NCBI RefSeq assembly: GCF_006345805.1
Contig: NC_043005.1
Coordinates: 49,476,001 to 49,540,000, forward strand
Source: Octopus sinensis
Lineage: Eukaryota
Length of the DNA stretch: 64,000 bases
Reading direction: 5' to 3'
The notes beneath the pieces are model-generated. The model was not told where the DNA came from. It saw only the letters and a program-made list of their open reading frames with translations, and did no database searches. The position numbers were made by a program, and so were the translations under genes. Below, piece by piece: positions 25,430 through 37,175 of the stretch (the first letter of the stretch is position 1; every line of letters starts with the position of its first letter).

Positions 25430-25646
25430 ATATATACATGTATATATATATATATATACACATGTATATATACATGTGTATATATATATATATATATATA
25501 CATGTATATATATACATGTGTATATATATATATATATATATACATGTATATATATACATGTGTAATATATATATATATATATATATACATGTATATATAT
25601 ACATGTGTATATATATATAATATATATATACATGTATATATATACA

Positions 25647-25691
<45 letters not shown>

Positions 25692-25700
25692 TATATGTGT
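24895..25700. repeat. Complex ~800-bp (TA)n/CATG/CA microsatellite
   Basis: Visible tandem array of TATACATGTATA-type units. Confidence 0.95.
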
Positions 25701-26094
25701 GTATGGGGGCGCGTAGGGGACACCCCTACCGCCGCTGGACAACCAGTGTTGGTTTGTTTAGATCCCCGTACATATATACGCATATTTATGTACAAACACA
25801 AACAATTTGAATTTTGGGATCAAAAATAATTTTTTTCCACACATGTGTAACGCTATCTTACAAATTCTGTAATTGTATTTTCAGTGTTCACATGTATTGG
25901 TACCTAATGAACAACTTAAAATATTATTTGGTAAATTACTATATCTATTATTTGTGGCATTTAAATGAAATGTTACATTTATCCTGTGACTTTTCTTAAC
26001 CCAAATCATGGCTTTATACGGTGCCACTTCATTTTCTTTGATTTACCCAGCCTAAGATTTTTCAGAAATGGAGAGGTTGATAAAAGAAAAAAAG

Positions 26095-26370
26095 CCAAAC
26101 TCACTATCTTCACCTATGAATGTTGGGTATTGACCGAAAGCTTACGATCACAAATGCAAGAGGCTGAAATGGGATTCTTTCGAAGTATTTCTGGACTAAC
26201 GTTACTTGACGGGATGCGTTGCTCGGAAATCAGGGAGTCTCTCCAGAGACCGCATTGAGAAGTTACAGCTGCAGTACTACGGACATGTGATTAGAATGTC
26301 ATATGAAAGAATCGTATGGTGGATACTTCAAGCAGAGCCAACCGGTAGGAGACCTAGGGGTTGACGAAAA
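26095..26370 (+). mobile_element. RTE-clade LINE 3' fragment
   Basis: YECWVLTESLRSQMQEAEMGFFRSISGLTLLDGMRCSEIRESL, then IEKLQLQYYGHVIRM...GRRPRG: typical RTE post-RT region. Confidence 0.85.
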
Positions 26371-27279
26371 ATGAATTTCAGTTGGTTACGCTTAGGAGAC
26401 CAAACAAAAAGTCTAATGACGGTGGCTTCTGATAGGACCCTTTGGAAGAAGTGCCCGAGGACTTCCCTCCCCATGACTCTCCCACTATTATTCCCAACAG
26501 GTCTAATCTGACCCGACTATTAGCAAGTAATTCGGACTGATGGACCTTGGGATGGGGTGCGAAAATACTGATTCCTATTCTCCGCTGCTTTGCGGTCATA
26601 CCCAGCCATACGAAAGGCTTCGAGGAGCAAACTCTGAGGAAAAGTAAGGTGCCAAAACACCTGAACAGTTCGACATTGTCTACAATCTCGTTCTAGCAAC
26701 TCCTGTGACGATGTTAGTACGAAGTTGAAACGATCGTGCTGTTCCTTTGGATCTGCCAGAAGGGAGACACACTGCATGGACAACAACCTGTTCTCCATAT
26801 CATACTGCCCAAGACAACACTATAAGAGTGGCTTGTGTCGCAGTCTCCCATTCGTGCATCGGACTGTTCAGTCAGAGACAACGCTGTCCAAATGGGGCTA
26901 AGATCTTTATCTATGGTCATTAATGACCAGGTCCCTGGATGTCTTCAGCGGAGTTCACTCTATTTTAAAGTTCTCAACTACATCCCTCAGTTCCCCATCC
27001 TTGCCCGTATGTATCATGTTGGTAGCGAACTCCGGATGTTTAGGCTGGGCACCAATTGTATTAATATTATCGATCTAGGAGAACCCAAAAAGGTTATGAG
27101 CATTGCCCCTCCTCTTTTGTCGGCATAACTGTGTCGTTAAGAAGCTTGCTTTGCAAACATGTGATTTCTAGTTCAGTCCTATGCAGTACCTTGGGTATGT
27201 GTTTTCTACTATACCCTTGTGAATTTGGTTGTCGGAAACTGTATGGAAGCTTGTCATTATATATATATATATATATACA

Positions 27280-27330
<51 letters not shown>

Positions 27331-27887
27331 GAATGAGTCCCGCTACTGTCTGTTAACCGGTGTTGGTTTGTTCACACCCACATAACTTAGCTCTTCGGCA
27401 TCAGATTCAAGACGTTAAAAATCATGCGCGCGCGCGCACACGCACATGTAGCTTTATTTTAACATGTTTATTATGTGTTGCATAGTACTGCTGACTATAG
27501 TCGAGAAAGGCAAAATACTCAATGACAAATTCCATGATGAAATGAAAGCATGTGTCAGTGCATGTGGTAAGCTCTCTGAACACCTCCTGCAAGAGACACT
27601 CAACATTGACACATCTGTACAAAAGAGTGCAAGTCCGTAGCAAGAGCGACGAGCCATATCCATAGGCATCGTGAAAAACAAAAAAAAAGGAAATTTGGAA
27701 AATCCCCGTCAAAACGACGAAATTCCAATTTGATGGTATTACCTGTCTCCGACGTCCGCCGGCGTTTAATCACTGAAAGTGCTCTACAACTAATTAGAAA
27801 TTACTTGGGCTTATCACCGCTGTCCATGTAAAATAAATTAACGAAAATAATGCCTTTCGAATATACTCATATAATGAAAATATGTGT

Positions 27888-28096
27888 ATAGAAATCCCTC
27901 GCCATACCGCGGTTCACCTATCGCGCACTCAGTACATCGCACATCTTTCTGGCTAATATATGTAAATTTATATCGCGGACTCCTCAGTATATCCGGGTTT
28001 CTACGGCCGATAGGTATTTATATTTTTTTAGATCTGAATTATTTCTGTGGGAGGTTTTGGAACATAAAACCCTCAACAATCGAGGGATTACTGTAT
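27888..28096. mobile_element. Tigger/pogo-like MITE
   Basis: Ends resemble TACAGTAATCCCTCG / CGAGGGATTACTGTA with internal ATCGCGG subterminal motifs. Confidence 0.6.
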
Positions 28097-28461
28097 ATTT
28101 ACGTGACAGTAAAACCTCGACAACTCGTTTTTTCGCCTAATTCTGAGAGACAGCGCCTGAGTCTTTGTAATAAATAACAGTCGGCCCAGAGGGAACTGAG
28201 TACAGCGTGGCCAGAACATATAAGAGAATGAAGCGAACGTTTTTATATACAACTAGAAAAATAATCCTGTATTTTCATGCTACTAATGATGTGCAAGGCT
28301 GCAGAATTCGTGTTTAGCAATTCCACCATCGTTGCTGGACGCTTTCCGTCAGCTATTGATAAACTTCGGTGCTTTTTAACACTATACGTCTATATGAGAA
28401 GCTTTCTAAAGACGATTACTGCAGTTATGTGTCGTTCTACGATATATTCCTGTTAAGTAAT

Positions 28462-28495
<34 letters not shown>

Positions 28496-28587
28496 TACAA
28501 ATAAGAAAATGGAGAAACACATTAGTTGGTTTATCAGCTTTAGGATATTAGAAAGTTGCCTTATTTAATTATCAAAACTATAACCAT

Positions 28588-28903
28588 AATTATCCGTCAA
28601 TCTCTCTTCGGTATTTTATCATTTGCTAAGGAATTGTAATCTGGTGATACCTTGCATAATTTCGAACATTAAAGTCAGGGATAACGAATGAGAAAACTAT
28701 AAGCATTTTGCAGGTATTAATAATGAAATCATGATACGTAGGTAATCGTTTTATTTTGTAAATTTTCATTTGCCTTGCTTATTTTTTTACATTTTGGCGT
28801 TTGCTAGGTTGTTTTCTTGAGAACACCCTCTTTGTGGTAAGGCGATTTGACGTCTATTTCTAGCGTATAGGATTTCACTTTAGTGGTCATTCCTCTTATT
28901 AAT

Positions 28904-28945
<42 letters not shown>

Positions 28946-29835
28946 CTATCGCCATGATAGATCGTTAGCCACTACACACATTTTTTTCTCTCCTTGTTTT
29001 TTCTGTGTCCCTTTCTGTAGAAGAGCGTAGACTCGAAACGTAAAAGACTTTTTTTTTTATTCCTGAGCGTTATACTAATACATCTGTTTGTTTTGTACAT
29101 CACCTGTCTTCGTCTTTTGTTTTTTTTCGTAAACTCTCCCTATATAAATATATATAAGCCTAGACTACTAAGTTTTCCCACATCCAATTTAAACCTTTGG
29201 CCACCAACAGAAGTAAATAGGTTGTGTGTGTGTATATATATATATGTCTCGTGTACACATCTAATGTAATTGTGCAAATGCCAAAAGTTTTAGAATTGGT
29301 TATATCATGCTGCGAAGGAATCTTGTGACAAACATTCATTAGAATATTTGGGGGATTTAATAATTTTTCTATCAATAATGCATGTCATTTAGTTTTATCA
29401 CGAGCCGTTTTGTTCGTAAAAAAAAAGAGAAAATGAAAATATAATAGTTGTAATGAAAGCTTTTGAAACTGGTCATGTGATACTGCACATAACATTAAAA
29501 AAATAGTTTATATTATATCGTAAGGGGGCGAGATAGAAATTTCTCTTTGCTTAGTTCTTCAATTATTAAAATTTACAATGAATATTCATAATCGTTTGTC
29601 ATTAGACATCTTTGATAGTATCTTTATTTCGCGATATTTTAAAGTAATAACATACAATAAGTTTGGAAAATCAGCTTGTGGCTGCAAGGTAGAAAGCATT
29701 TATGAAAGCAGCATTTATACTTGAAACAAGCAAAAATTATCCGTCAATCTCTCTTTGGTATTTTATCATTTGCTAAGGAATTGTAATCTGGTGATTCCTT
29801 GCATAATTTCGAACATTAAAGTCAGGGATAACGAA
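28588..29835. repeat. Pair of 101-bp near-identical direct repeats (28588-28688, 29735-29835)
   Basis: AATTATCCGTCAATCTCTC...CAGGGATAACGAA; two substitutions seen by eye. Confidence 0.85.
29011..29046 (+). ncRNA. Minimal type I hammerhead-like motif of Penelope type (core variant CUGUAGA)
   Basis: CUUU-CUGUAGA-A-GAG..CUC-GAAA-CG-UA-AAAG; stem I CUUU/AAAG, palindromic stem III ACGU. Confidence 0.6.
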
Positions 29836-29968
29836 GGAGAAACTTAGATATTTCTAAATTAAGATTTAAAATTTACATGATTTATATGAATAAGATTCAT
29901 AAGTTTTATATTTCGTTTTTGCATCTGGTTTGTAAGATTCCTTATGCGAATTCGTGAGCTGAAACAAA

Positions 29969-30130
29969 TTTGTTGTGTCTGGGGAGTGTCATGGTGCTTT
30001 AATATAACACACTCACCGGTTCAATTTCCACTCATTATTAATTTATTTGGAATAAATAAATAAATGAGTAGAAATTGAACCGGTGAGTGTGTTATATTAA
30101 GGCACTACGACTCTCCCCACACACAACAAA
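29969..30130. repeat. Long inverted repeat / foldback (~80-bp arms)
   Basis: TTAATATAACACACTCACCGGTTCAATTTC / GAAATTGAACCGGTGAGTGTGTTATATTAA perfect core with imperfect extensions. Confidence 0.9.
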
Positions 30131-30212
30131 ATAAGATTTATAATTAATCAAAATTTAAGATTTTTGTCTGCTATAAGCAAAAGGCCTGAAACTTTGAGGA
30201 TAAGGACTTGAG

Positions 30213-31580
30213 CAGTGCTGCCCAGCCTTTTCCGAACATGGGCCAGATTTAAGAAAGAACGGCGCCAGTGGGACGGACTTGCATCTCTAGTCTTTCATTT
30301 TTTAATACAACTACTTGAAATGGTTTGACAAAGTATTCAGAACTGAAAATATTAAGTTTATTATTTTATTTACAGAAATTACTCATTATATAATTATTAT
30401 TCATAACTCAATTTATACATACATATGATACTTCTTCTACTTCGTTATTGCTATCAAAAATTTATAGCCTCCAGATATTACGTGTATATGATCATAAAAA
30501 ATAATTTATGCACGAATTTCCTTTTGCTTCAAAAAATGCTGCCACATGTTCTCGAATATCGTAAAAGCGTTTCAAAGTACGGCCACGGCTGAGCCACCTG
30601 ATTTCGGTACAGTAAGGGATGCCAGCGAATTCGGCGTCTGTCTCATCGAGAAAATTTCGAAACTGTCAATGATTTGATGCACGACTCCGAATGAAGTTGA
30701 CGGCTTTCACGATATTATCCATAACGTGATCAAACTTAATGATTTTGGAGCAAAGTGATTCCTGATGTAGAATGCAATGGTACCGCAATAGTTGATCTTT
30801 CTCATGTTCTTTGGATGAAACCATGCAAGCCTTGTTCCTTGCTGATTATCGCCGGTGCACGCGTCTTCGACCTGCTGAGTTGAGTGCTCTGAGGCTTTTG
30901 AATGGACGACCGAATCGACCACTTGTACAGGCTGTGATAAGTCAATTTTTTATCGACTTTCGATGTTAGCAAACGGAAAGGCACTATTTTTAGACCTGAC
31001 GCAACTCCATTCGAACAAAACTGAAAACTTCGAATCGGTGCTTCTGGAAATTAGGACCGTCAGTCACTTGGCATTTTGGTGCTACCGGACAAGGTCTCAA
31101 ATGCCGACCCCTTCCATCTATTCGAACTCAGTTTAGAGTTGCTCTCAGCTAGGGAGCAGGCGGAAGCCCAAGTTCCGGCGAAAAATTATTATGGCAATTT
31201 AGATAGGGCCTATCATAGAAATAAATTTCAGGTTTTCTTTGTCCATACGATCGAGCGTGTGGAATCAATTTCTATGCTTTCAGGTTGCTTGGGTGAAGGA
31301 AATCATGTCCCCTGGGCAGTACCTCTCTTGGGAGCGGAGGCAGAAAAAAAAAACATGTGCCATGCCGCTCCACTTGAGGAGGGGCGGTACTTTTGCGAGC
31401 GAGGGGCCTCCAGTGACATGGACAAACAAAACTTGAAATTTATTTCTATGGTGACAGCTTTGGACACACAGCGCAGAGTTGCGAGCTGCTTCGGGAAGTG
31501 TTTATTGGCAGTCAATAATCATTTATTAATCGAAGAAAAATAACAGTAGTAAGTTGAAGACCGATTAACGGGCCGGATTC
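30213..31580 (-). mobile_element. Degraded hAT element (Charlie/SPIN, GTF2IRD2-like transposase) nested in a family-B SINE
   Basis: Minus-strand YHCILHQESLCSK..VKAVNFIRSR..TEIRWLSRGRTLKRF; TIR-like CAGTGCTGCCCA at 30213; SINE halves at ~30170-30210 and ~31583-31688. Confidence 0.85.
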
Positions 31581-32357
31581 TAGAGATTAGATCGACCCAG
31601 TGCTCGACTGGTACTTAATTTATCGACCCCGAAAGGATGAAAGGCAAAGTGCTAACGTGCTAACGATTCTGCCAGCTTGCCGCTTTCACCTCTCTAAATA
31701 ATGTAAGATATTTTTGTCCGGTGACCTGCAGATTGTGCCATCTTGAACAGTCTAAGATTACACTTTTATTGATGGGAGCGGAGTCTATAGTCAATTCAAT
31801 TGACTGTTAGTAAATCGCTGGTACATATTTCATTATCCATCCTGGAAAAGTATAAGCGGTACTGGATTTAGACTTGGTGGAGCCCTTAGTTATATAAAGC
31901 TTGAAGACTCCTTGTTAAAAAATTACATCAACTGATTGTTGACAAGAGAAAAATAGGAGGAAATTTACCAGAATGGTTCACTTTTAAGTCGGGCATTGAC
32001 ATTTATAGATACAATAAGCATGTCATGCAAAAATCTTTTGTGTAGCTGTAAATAATGTTACCATTTTTTTAACAGAATATTTTTGTATAAATATACAATG
32101 CCAGAGCTAATTAAAAAAAAACAAAACACGAGCCTTTTTATTCGTTTTCACACTTTTTGAGCGTAGAAAGACGTTTTGTTTTTAAAATGTCAATGCATAT
32201 TTGCTGTTTTACTATCTCTAAAAAAGAAATTTTAATTCAAAGTCAATGTGTTTATGGAAATATATTAATCAAAGAATTTAGCAAAGTCCGTTGCCTTCTC
32301 CACTAAACTTTTAGCAGCGATCTTTTAGCCCCAAACCAATTTCTTTTGGGTTGTCTA

Positions 32358-33030
32358 TGAGGTCTGATCAATAAGTATTAAGACTGTTGCCATAGTAACG
32401 AAACTAAAGCACTCAGAGTGAAGCTGCTTGGCACAGATTGATCCTGACCTCTGCTGTTCATGTGCACTAAGTTTCAACGTTCTAGCTCACTCCCGCTGTT
32501 AACAGTAGTGCTTTGAAGTAACGTGTGTAACGTGTGATCGTCGCATTGACCAAGACAGAGAAAGTTGCCATGGTGTACCTGCTCAGAGGTCTACGCAAAG
32601 TGTATGGGGAGGAGTGTATGAGTGGTTCACAAGGGTACGAATGATTCAGACACTTTCAAGATGGCCGAATAAATGTCGATAGTGACGAACGTTGTAGGAA
32701 ACCTGCAACCAGCAGAACAGAAAAACATCGCAAATTTGCGTGCAGCTGTGAGGGAAATCGACGAATCACCATCCGTGAATTATCAGAGTATGTGCAGATT
32801 AATTAAGGTTCATTTCAGTCCATTATTAACTGAAGATTTGGCAATGAGATGCGTGTCTGCCAAGTTTGGGCCAAAACTGCTTTCAGCTGACCGAAAAGAC
32901 ACTCGGGTTTCAGTAGCACAACATCTCCTTAATTGTGTCGATAACGATGAAACTTTCTGTAGGCTTCTGAGCAGATATCGCCAAGCTTTTGGCAAAATTT
33001 GATGCAGATTCTCTGCTCAACTTTCTATGT
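32358..33030 (+). mobile_element. Mariner element 5' fragment
   Basis: TIR-like GAGGTCTGATCAATAAGTAT; fragments FRHFQDGR, RITIREL and LTEDLAMRCVSAKFGPKLL of the mariner HTH/linker region. Confidence 0.8.
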
Positions 33031-33405
33031 CATGATCTAAATATCTAAATTTCCTAGGTACTTTACGAGAAAACCGTGTCCTCGATTAAAAGTTCTGAAC
33101 ACTAGAAATGCTTCTTATTTTATCGAAGCCTAAGAGACGAAAAGCAAAGCCGACCATACCCAGTTGATGCGCTTGTCGTTGAACTCCCGATTTATCCTAA
33201 TTGAGCCAACTTATGACCTAAGGCTATTCAAATTGGCTATCCTGTCTTTATGCATGTGTGTGTATACACACGTGTGTGCATACATACGTGTGTGTGTATA
33301 TATACACACGCACTCACATACACACACACACACACACATACATACATCGTTTGTAGAAATACATAAATCCGAATGAGAAGCACACTCTAAGATGTAGAGT
33401 AGTTA

Positions 33406-33632
33406 ATATTATAATGGAGGGGGTGCAGTTTATGGGATTACCCTGGATTTTTCGCTCATAAGGGAGATAAGCCTTACGGCGTATTTTCAGACCCCAAACA
33501 CTGCTGGTCTAAGACCTCTTCAAAATGAAGAGGTCTTAGGCCAGTGGGGTCTGAAGATACGCCGTAAGATTAAAGCTCTTATGAGCGAGAAACCCAGGAT
33601 AACCCCATAAACCGGCCTCCCCCATTATAATA
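33406..33632. repeat. ~227-nt foldback hairpin (3-nt loop) built from two inverted hammerhead-bearing arms
   Basis: Centre GACCTCTTCA-aaa-TGAAGAGGTC; arms pair out to ATATTATAATGG / CCATTATAATAT. Confidence 0.9.
33545..33607 (+). ncRNA. Type I hammerhead ribozyme motif with canonical core
   Basis: UGGGGU-CUGAAGA-stem II (CGC-CGUAAGA/UCUUAUG-GCG)-GAAA-CCCAGGA-UA-ACCCCA; stem I is 6 bp perfect. Confidence 0.65.
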
Positions 33633-34135
33633 TCTATATATATAAAACTCTAGTTGTGTGAGTGTCTGTCCCCTTCGATTTAGATTCCTAACTCCTCTCA
33701 CATTTTGCGGTGCAGTTTAACCAAATTCGGGTATCTTATAGTCGTGATTAATATCGAGCCCGTCTGGCTATTAGCGCGCGTCTACGATGAGTCTACGATT
33801 TAAAAAATAATTTAACATCATTTTTTATTCCATTTTAATGCATAATTTTTCGTGTGTCGATGACGGCGGAGTTGGCGTCCACGCTCAAACACCTGCACCT
33901 GTGTTTGCTTCTCCCCCTTCTTCCCTCCCTCGAGAAGCTGTAAGGAAATCAACGTCGTAAAGCGTTGTCAAGGAGACCAGCGTTCTTTTAGAACAACGAC
34001 TTCATGGCTTGAAGACACCAAAACAGAAATGGCTAAGAAAGCCCGAATTGGCATCTATAAGGGAAGTAAGTCTCTAAAAATGCTTATATAGTTATTTCCC
34101 TTACAAACCCGAGCAACGCCGGGCGATACTGCTAG
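33633..34135 (+). mobile_element. Non-autonomous Helitron (complete ends)
   Basis: A|TC 5' end (TCTATATATATAAAA), 3' hairpin CCCGAGCAACGCCGGG then CTAG|T; a related copy lies on - at 56364-56760. Confidence 0.9.
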
Positions 34136-34248
34136 TTATATATAAATGCATATATACGTGTGCGAGTATAGTCACATGTAAATAAATTAATCTATATCAC
34201 GTGCTTTATTATGAGAGCTGAGTGGCATGTGCTTGCTTTATTTTATAT

Positions 34249-34623
34249 TTACCTTCGCTTTAGCGAAAGCAAAGGTATTGTTTTCAGTTGTTTGTTTGTT
34301 GGTTAGTCCGTGGACAGGATATCTCAAGAACCGCTCTATGGATTCGGATGAAACTTTCAGGGATGTTTGGCCACATGACTGGCACGAATTGATTAGAATT
34401 TGGGATCGATCCGGTACCGGGCAAGGATTCTGGATTATTTTTCCTGTTTTTTTTTTTTTAACTTAAATTTTGAGAGCGGTCGGGTTTACTTTTAGTATTC
34501 TCGTTTGTGAGAACAGTCGAGTTTATTTCAGATATTCTCATTTTAGAAATCGTCTCCGGTTAATCGCCGGGAGGACGTTGGTGTTGACTTGGTGGAGGTT
34601 TGCGCTCTCCGAGTGCTCTTGTT
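34249..34623 (+). mobile_element. Non-autonomous Helentron (HINE/DINE-1-like)
   Basis: 5' subTIR ACCTTCGC with nearby inverted copy and (GTTT)n; 3' subTIR GGTGGAGGT followed by hairpin GCGCTC-TCC-GAGTGC; T-rich insertion site. Confidence 0.8.
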
Positions 34624-35788
34624 ATAGATATAGAATAGCAAGTAAATATTGACAGAAACTTCACAAAAGGTAGCTTATAAACGTGTGTGTGTGTGTACAT
34701 ACAAATACACACCCCGCACGCACATACACATACACACATATCGTGGTCTGAAGGTTGTTGGCCGGTCTGTGGTTATGACTGGTTAAATTGATGAATGTAA
34801 ATATGTTTATTGGGCTGCGTGTAGAAGTAACTGAACAATATCCAAGAACATTTAACAGAAGATTTTCTTATTGCACTTAAAAGACAAACTGTGTTGGCCT
34901 TTTACGGATAACAACAATAATAGTTACATATTAGGAGAGAGATACTGCTTGGAGTTAATGGCAAGCTATTGATACGGCAACATGCAGTTTGCCCGATATA
35001 ACTGAAAACAATTGTACTATGTTCGTGACGAAGGAGGTTCTTGGTCTTCTGTCTGAGCCGCCTGTATAGACCGTCTGGTGTAGCATGAATGGAGACACAG
35101 GCCATTCGGCTGCCTCAGTATATTGCAATTAATTACTTCCCAAACCAGCCTTTTATAGGTCACAAAAGAATGTAGAAGTTTAAATCACGTGATTGCTTGC
35201 CTAATAGACCGATCTCGTGAAGTTTTGTGGTTCGGTCGTGATGTCTGACAGGGTGTCCAGAGATTTGGTTTTGAATCCCTGCTACACATACATACATACA
35301 TACATAATACATACATACATACATACATACATTATCACAAGTTTAACGAACGGTTGCGTGAAACTTTATAGGTGCAGGCGTGGCTGTTTGATAAGAAGTT
35401 TGCCTCCCAACTATATGGTTCTGGGTTCAGTCCCACTGTGTGGCACCTTGAGCAAATGTCTTCCACTATATCCCCAGGTCGACCAAAGCTTTGTGAGTGG
35501 ATTTGGTTGATGGAAACTGAAAGAAGCCTGTTTTATATATATATATATATATATATGTTTTTGTGTCTATGTCTGTCCCACTCCACCGCTTCATGATGGG
35601 GTTGTTTATATCCCCGTAGCCTAGCGATTCGGCAATAGAGACGGATAGAATTAGTACCAGGCTTTAAAAATATGTACTTTGGTCTAATCGTTCATGCCCT
35701 AGCATGGCCGCTGTCTAATGGCTGAAACATAAAATAAGATATAACTATATATATATATATATATGCTATTAGCTTAGATTTACCTTGG

Positions 35789-35861
35789 GGCTGGCCAGAT
35801 TGGAGCAATCTCAAGATTAATCAGCCGAAATTGCGAGGATGATCCGGTTCTTGACTGAAGA
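35789..35861 (+). ncRNA. Candidate non-circularly permuted hammerhead-like ribozyme (family 2, intact core)
   Basis: CUGAAGA, GAAA and AUC triplet with helices UCAAGA/UCUUGA (I), GGCUGG/UCAGCC (II), GCAAU/AUUGC (III) and extra helix CCAGAUU/GAUCCGG. Confidence 0.65.
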
Positions 35862-36052
35862 TAAAAGGCTTCGAATGACCCGTCCGTGTTTTTTTTTGTA
35901 TCGTTTATTTGGATGTTTTGTTGTCCCTTTTTATATCACCTAGTTGTCCGGATGTTTTGCGTTCTTGTCCCATTTGTATTTTATTTTATATATATATATA
36001 TATAATATATATATTATATATATATATAGCGGCGTACGTACACTTTGTTCTT

Positions 36053-36098
<46 letters not shown>

Positions 36099-36633
36099 GT
36101 GTGTGTGTGTGTAAGCGGAAAATGTTATCAGCTCTTCTTAAACACTTTGTTTACTGACATCAGCAAGTTATCGTTATCGAAAAATACTTCCAATTAAGTG
36201 ATCAGAGTAAGCGGTTTCCACAACGATATGGGCCTTATTTCTTCACCTTTGACCTCTTACTATTGTCTAGTTCTCATTTCCTTTTGTAACTTCTGCTATA
36301 AATATGTATTGCGTTGTATATGAAGCGGATATGTACTTAAACATACGAGTTCGCGACAAAAGTTCTCGTAACCAAATGTAAATACGAAATGTACTTTATC
36401 TATTCTTGTTTCAGTCACTGGACTGCGACCTTTAAAGGCGATGCCCCATTATGCTAGGGCAGTGGTTTAAAGGGTTCCGGTTGAACAATTCGATCCCAGT
36501 GCTTATTTTAAAGTCTAGTTCTTATTCTATCGGTATCTTTTGCTAAGTACTAGGACGTAAAGAAGCCAACACCGGTTGTCAAGCAGTGGGAGTTACGTAC
36601 ACAAACACAAAGACATACACACTGAAATATATG

Positions 36634-36695
<62 letters not shown>

Positions 36696-36889
36696 CACAC
36701 ATACATATGTATGGCGCAGGCATATATATATATATATTGTTTCTTCGTATGTCGTAAGAAGCTTGCTTCCCAACCACATGTTTCCAGGTTCACTTCCACT
36801 GCGCGGCACTTTGGATAAGTGTCTTCTACTATGGTCACGGGCCGAACAAAACCTTGTGAATGGATTTGGCAGACGGAAACTGGCCCATC

Positions 36890-36925
<36 letters not shown>

Positions 36926-37138
36926 TGTGTGTGTTTGTGTTTATCCTCTCAGCTTCGCTTGACAGTTGATGTTGGTGTGTTTATGTCCCCGTAACTTAGC
37001 AGTTCAGCAAAAGCGACCGATAAAATAAGTACTTTGCTTACAAAAATAAATCCTGGGGTCGATTTTTCGACTTAAAACCCTTTAAGGCGGTGCTCCAGCA
37101 TAGCCGCAGTTAAATGACTGAAAAAAGTAAAAGAATAA

Positions 37139-37175
<37 letters not shown>

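Noticed and set aside
24627-25829. Several 200-310 aa ORFs (YIYIH repeats)
   Set aside because: Translations of a TA/CA microsatellite that lacks stop codons; open in most frames on both strands.
27422-27712. 96-aa minus-strand ORF
   Set aside because: No recognisable features; the opposite strand has a short RT-like remnant (FHDEMKACVSACGKLSE), suggesting LINE debris.
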